Positions 59,241-64,000 of a stretch of 64,000 bases of DNA are shown here, one piece after another. Below the pieces are notes generated by a model, which did no database searches, was not told where the DNA came from, and saw only the letters and a program-made list of their open reading frames with translations. The DNA lies in NCBI GenBank assembly GCA_002269645.1, contig NIVC01000319.1, forward strand, positions 1 to 64,000, in the 5' to 3' direction. A program made the position numbers and the translations under genes. Source of the DNA: Macrostomum lignano (Eukaryota). The first letter of the stretch is position 1; each line of letters starts with the position of its first letter.

Positions 59241-61536
59241 CGGCAGTAAGTTCGAGTTCCACTAAAGTTTGAATCTGCGGGTCGGGTGCGCTTTCTGCTG
59301 GATTGCTAAGTCTCTGACTGTTTAGATTTTCCGGGAGTTGGATTTCTGGGAAATCTGGAGACGTGATGCATTTTTGGCTAAATCAAATCGCATTTTAGTG
59401 AGTCACGGACACCAATACCCTACTACATTTCAGCTACGACTTACTATGCGTGACATACTTACCAAGCCGAAAGATACCATTGTATTGCGTGCATTCGAAG
59501 AGGCGAAGCCTGGCTTCGGTACGATAATCTATCTGACGGTATGGGTCCCGGATCAGGTCGCAGATCGTCCGCCTGGATAACACCCAGCCAATTGAGGTCC
59601 CAAGGGCGGCCGAATTTGTACATCTACGCTCTCGGCGAATGCACTGCTCATTGTAACCAGACTCAATCCACCTGACTTTGACTTTCATCCCGGATATTGG
59701 TGTGAGATACGGGTGCTCTGTTTTTGAATATTTGGTCCCTTGCCGTAAGGCATTTCTCCTAATCGTTCTCAAGTATAATTTTCGAAAGTCGTATAGGAAT
59801 TTCGAAATCATGTCAGATGGATTGTTTGTGAAAGTTTCATTCTTAAGGCCAAGTAGCCTTAAATGCGAGCGCGATTTTGGGAAAGCGAAAGCGACATATT
59901 TTCGACGTCAGTCGGATTTCGGCAAAATGAATTATCCAAGAAGCATGAGTCAAAACTCTTGATTGCGGAATTGTTTGCTATACATTGCTTACGAAGGTAC
60001 CCGAAAATAAATATATTCGCGTAATTCGGCAAAATTTTTTCCTCAGTCGATGCTTCTTATTGCTTCAGTCGAAAAATCTGGCATTTTTTTGCTTTCTGTT
60101 TCTCTTGTTTACCATACAGCGATCGCAATTGCAATCGGATAGGGTCATAAATTACAATTCAATTGTGCTGGATTGCAATACTTGCGATCTGCGTGTGCAA
60201 AACAGCTAAAATTGCATTTCAGATTGTAATCGGCTGATCGTAACTTGCAATTGACGTGCAGGCCAATTGACAATTATTGCGCAATTTCGGCAGTAGATTG
60301 TACTTTTCGACATTTCGGTCGACTAGGTTACAGCGCGACCCTTTACTCCTATACAGATGTCTCTAGTCTGTCGTTCATACGTTCGTTCTGCTTTCTATTC
60401 TTTCTAGTCTATTACGAGTAAAACAATGTCGTTCATTCCAATGTATACCTATTGCATACGTGCCGGATTGCGTGTTTAGCCCAGAAACCTACATTTCAGG
60501 CTGGTTTCATACAACAGAAGTATTTCAGCGTCATTTAGGAAGTAGGATTCATTTAATTTTGAAATATAGTAGATACATAATTGTAGCATGCAAGAACGAC
60601 AGCGGATGCCTACTGATAAAAAACAAAGATTTATGGTAGGTAAATCAGCACTTCGTGTCAAAATACATGAGCCATGAAGAAGACTGAACTAAATCACTTT
60701 ATTAAATTGCTACATTGGATACTTGAGAAATACTCGTAGATTGTGTCTTACTAATGCAGGCTAAGTAATAAGGTACTTTTATTTTTATAGGCAGCACAAA
60801 GAGCAAGCTATGGTACCAGCTTCTTTCGAGACTGTAGACTTCACGACCCACTACAGGGGCCGGTGCTATGAAGTTAGGACTAGCAGTCAAATAAAAAAGA
60901 CCTGCGTCGTCGCCTTGTATACTTTTCCTGACTCTTAACTCGTGAGTCCTAGTCCTAACTTCATAGCACCGGCCCATGTTCTCTGCTAAATTCGACAAAT
61001 TGGAGCTAATCCCATAACAATTATGCAATAGTTTCGCGCCACAAAACATGTATTGCGCTACATCTTTGCTACAGTTCTCAACGCAGAAACATACGTATAA
61101 TAACGCAAGGAGCAGCTTTACTACACTTCATTCTTGCATAGAAGGCCTATGCTTTGTTTCTAAGAAATAGGCGCCCACGGGAAAACCACTCCGCAACTAC
61201 GAAAACTGCGTAATACAGTAAGTGGTAATGAGAGCTACAGCGAATTATCTATAGTTAAATTGAAATAAAGGGGTTTTGCAACTTCACTGAGGAGTTACAT
61301 CGATACAACGAGACGTTAAAATGGTAAAGTGCAAGAAAAAAGTCACAACCCAAAATCACCCTTTCGCTTTCGAAACCTGTGCGGACCACAACTCGGAGTC
61401 GGGCACGCGAGCTCGGGCACCCGCTTCCTAAGATTCCACTTGCTTTCAGCAGCTTTCTTTGACCGCAAATTTCTTTTTGTCACAGCGATCCTGCCGAATT
61501 TTTTCGTATACCGCTTTTCAGCATACTGCAGTTCTC

Positions 61537-61668
61537 TGCCTGAGCCGACAGCCGCATCCTCCGGCAGATCTCCGCCTGAGCCGACAGCTGCATCCTCATG
61601 CAGATCTCCGCCTGAGCCGACAGCCGCATCCTCATGCAGATCTCCGCCTGAGCCGACAGCCGCATTCT
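61537..61668. repeat. 36-bp tandem repeat x~3.5 (CTGAGCCGACAGCCGCATCCTC..GCAGATCTCCGC)
   Basis: Direct reading; open in several frames. Confidence 0.9.
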
Positions 61669-62117
61669 GCATTGGGTCGCATTCTGCCGAGTAGTGTCAC
61701 TGATGTAACCAGAACGGACACCATGAAGAAACAAGAATTTACTGGGTTCGGAGATAGCCTGAATAACGGCAAAAGCTCCACGACCACAGCGACGAAAACC
61801 ATCAGATGAACGAACACGAACATCAGTGTAATCAAAGGCGCGAGTGCACTGGCATAAACGGCGGCAAGCATCGACGACAGAGATTCCTGACACCGAGCTA
61901 GAAAGGACAGCTGACATGGGACCAACGAGGCATGTAAGTGGCGGTCCCACAGCAGGCAAAGCACAGTCCGCCGTAGACTGCAGCAAATTTGTAACGGCAA
62001 TCTGAAATACCAAAATACCAAGCTTATTTAAGTGGCTCACAAAACTCTACACTGTTCACATTTGAAAAATAGCAACAATGCAATTGCCTACAGAAAAATT
62101 ATAAACCAAGTGGGAAA

Positions 62118-62956
62118 AATGCCATTGCTTGGATAGACATGCCAAACCCATGCCAAACCTATGCCATTGCTTAGATGGACATGCCAAACCAATGCCAAAC
62201 CAATGCCAAACCAATGCCATTGCTTAGATGGGCATGCCAAACCTATGCCATTGCTTGGATGGACATGCCAAACCCACGCCAAACCTATACCAATGCTTGG
62301 ATGGACATGCCAAACCCATGCCAAACCTATAACAATGCTTGGATAGGCATGCCAAACCCATGCCAAACCTATGCCAAACCCATGCCAAACCTATGCCAAA
62401 CCCATGCCAAACCTATGCCAAACCAATGCCATTGCTTAGATGGGCATGCCAAACCTATGCCATTGCTTGGATAGACATGCCAAACCCATGCCAAACCTAT
62501 GCCAAACCTATGCCAAAGACATGCCAAACCCATGCCAAACCTATACCAATATGCTTGGATGGACATGCCAAAGACATGCCAAACCAATGCCAAACCAATG
62601 CCATTGCTTAGATGGGCATGCCAAACCTATGCCATTGCTTGGATGGACATGCCAAAGACATGCCAAACCAATGCCAAACCTATGCCAAACCAATGCCATT
62701 GCTTAGATGGGCATGCCAAACCTATGCCATTGCTTGGATAGACATGCCAAACCCATGCCAAACCTATGCCAAACCTATGCCAAAGACATGCCAAACCCAT
62801 GCCAAACCTATACCAATGCTTGGATGGACATGCCAAAGACATGCCAAACCAATGCCAAACCAATGCCATTGCTTAGATGGGCATGCCAAACCTATGCCAT
62901 TGCTTGGATGGACATGCCAAAGACATGCCAAACCAATGCCAAACCTATGCCAAACC
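62118..62956 (-). repeat. Same complex satellite as 58491-59240, opposite orientation
   Basis: ATGCCAAACC[T/C/A] and ATGCCATTGCTT(G/A)GATGG(A/G)C modules are the reverse complement of the left array. Confidence 0.97.
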
Positions 62957-64000
62957 ACCTAGAACCTAGAACATACAGCCTCTCATAGTCTATACTGTTT
63001 CATTTACTGACTATAATGATTTTACAAGTTGTCAAGCACTCAAAGTAAAGAAACTAGGTCTAGACCAACCAAAGGAAAAAATAAAACAATCTTTCACACT
63101 AGCGTTCACAGACCAGAGTCAACTTGTGTTTATTTTTAAATGGATTTTTATTAGCATAATAGCTACTTTCATGCTTTAGCTAGGCCTAAGCCAGGCTATT
63201 CCCTTAAATTTAGCATTTAATTTATAATGCAATTCACAATGAACATTGTACACTCCTGATTCAGAAAAAATCATTTTTAGCTAATGGATTTCTGCAATTT
63301 GATTTGGAGCATGCCGCATGTTTTTAAGACGGCGCTATGCATTAGATTAAAATCGTTATTCTCGAAGTTCGTCACACCGTTTGAGGACAAAAAAATCAAG
63401 GGGCATATTTCTAAAACTACACCTGGGGAATGGCTGAAATTTGATTTGCATGTGGAAACAACTAGTCTGTATCGTTTTATTTCGTTGGGGAATTAGCCGC
63501 ATCCCTTTAAGTCTGTTGGGGAGGGCAAAAATGTTCCGGAATGCAAGACTTTAAACTTTTAAATAAGATTTCTATGTGGAATTAGAATCGATTTTAAAGA
63601 AACTCTACAGAAAGGAGCAAAACATCCTGCTCCATAAATTTTATTTCTTGGGGAGCGGCTGGAATGCATAATATCGGCGGTATTTGCTAGCCCAATCTCA
63701 GCCCTGCGACAGCCCACTCAAACAAAACTTTGAATGCTTGAGAAATTTTTTGTAGCAGGTTTTGGCGAAAGAAAACCTTTTGGGGAATCTTTTTGCATGC
63801 TAATCTTTAATTTTTTACACGAGCCGCGTCTGGGGACTGCGTTTAAAATTTTGACGCGGCTGAGATGCGGCTGGCGACATGGAAGTGTGTAAAGCAGACA
63901 TTAAAACTTTCAAAACTTTGTCACTCTTGATCTACCATTAATGTTTATGCCTTAGGGGCTATTTAAGAGAAGTAGAATTTATACAGGGAGTTGGAAATCC

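Noticed and set aside
60115-60300. Cluster of CAATTG/TTGCAA palindromes with an imperfect inverted repeat
   Set aside because: Arms too degenerate to define an element or regulatory site.
58443-62988. Many MPNLCQTHAKP-type ORFs
   Set aside because: Stop-poor satellite translations with no unique coding context.

Overview
Eukaryotic (metazoan) genomic DNA with spliceosomal introns, possibly from a flatworm (inference only). From the left: a 4-exon nicotinic acetylcholine receptor alpha subunit (+), a 4-exon L-rhamnonate dehydratase-like enolase-superfamily gene (-), a 3-exon Ly6/three-finger-fold gene that the ORF track misses (-), and an internally deleted Tc1/IS630-type transposon. A degenerate tandem array follows, carrying three SID-1/SIDT-family genes and two copies of an orphan single-pass membrane gene. 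The array is interrupted by retroelements (RTE LINE, two decayed Mag-like Gypsy fragments, RNase H-bearing LINE fragments, a tRNA/CORE-type SINE). The standout is a 13.4-kb Ty3/Gypsy element at 22729-36114 (-) with apparently identical 577-bp LTRs, a 5-bp TSD and a tRNA-Asp PBS. Its polyprotein carries a complete membrane glycoprotein with class III fusogen (herpes gB/chuvirus G-like) signatures in frame BETWEEN Gag and protease (gag-env-PR-RT-RH-IN). The right end holds two oppositely oriented 11/21-bp satellite arrays flanking an unexplained 2.9-kb segment. All calls come from reading the sequence by eye; no database searches were run.
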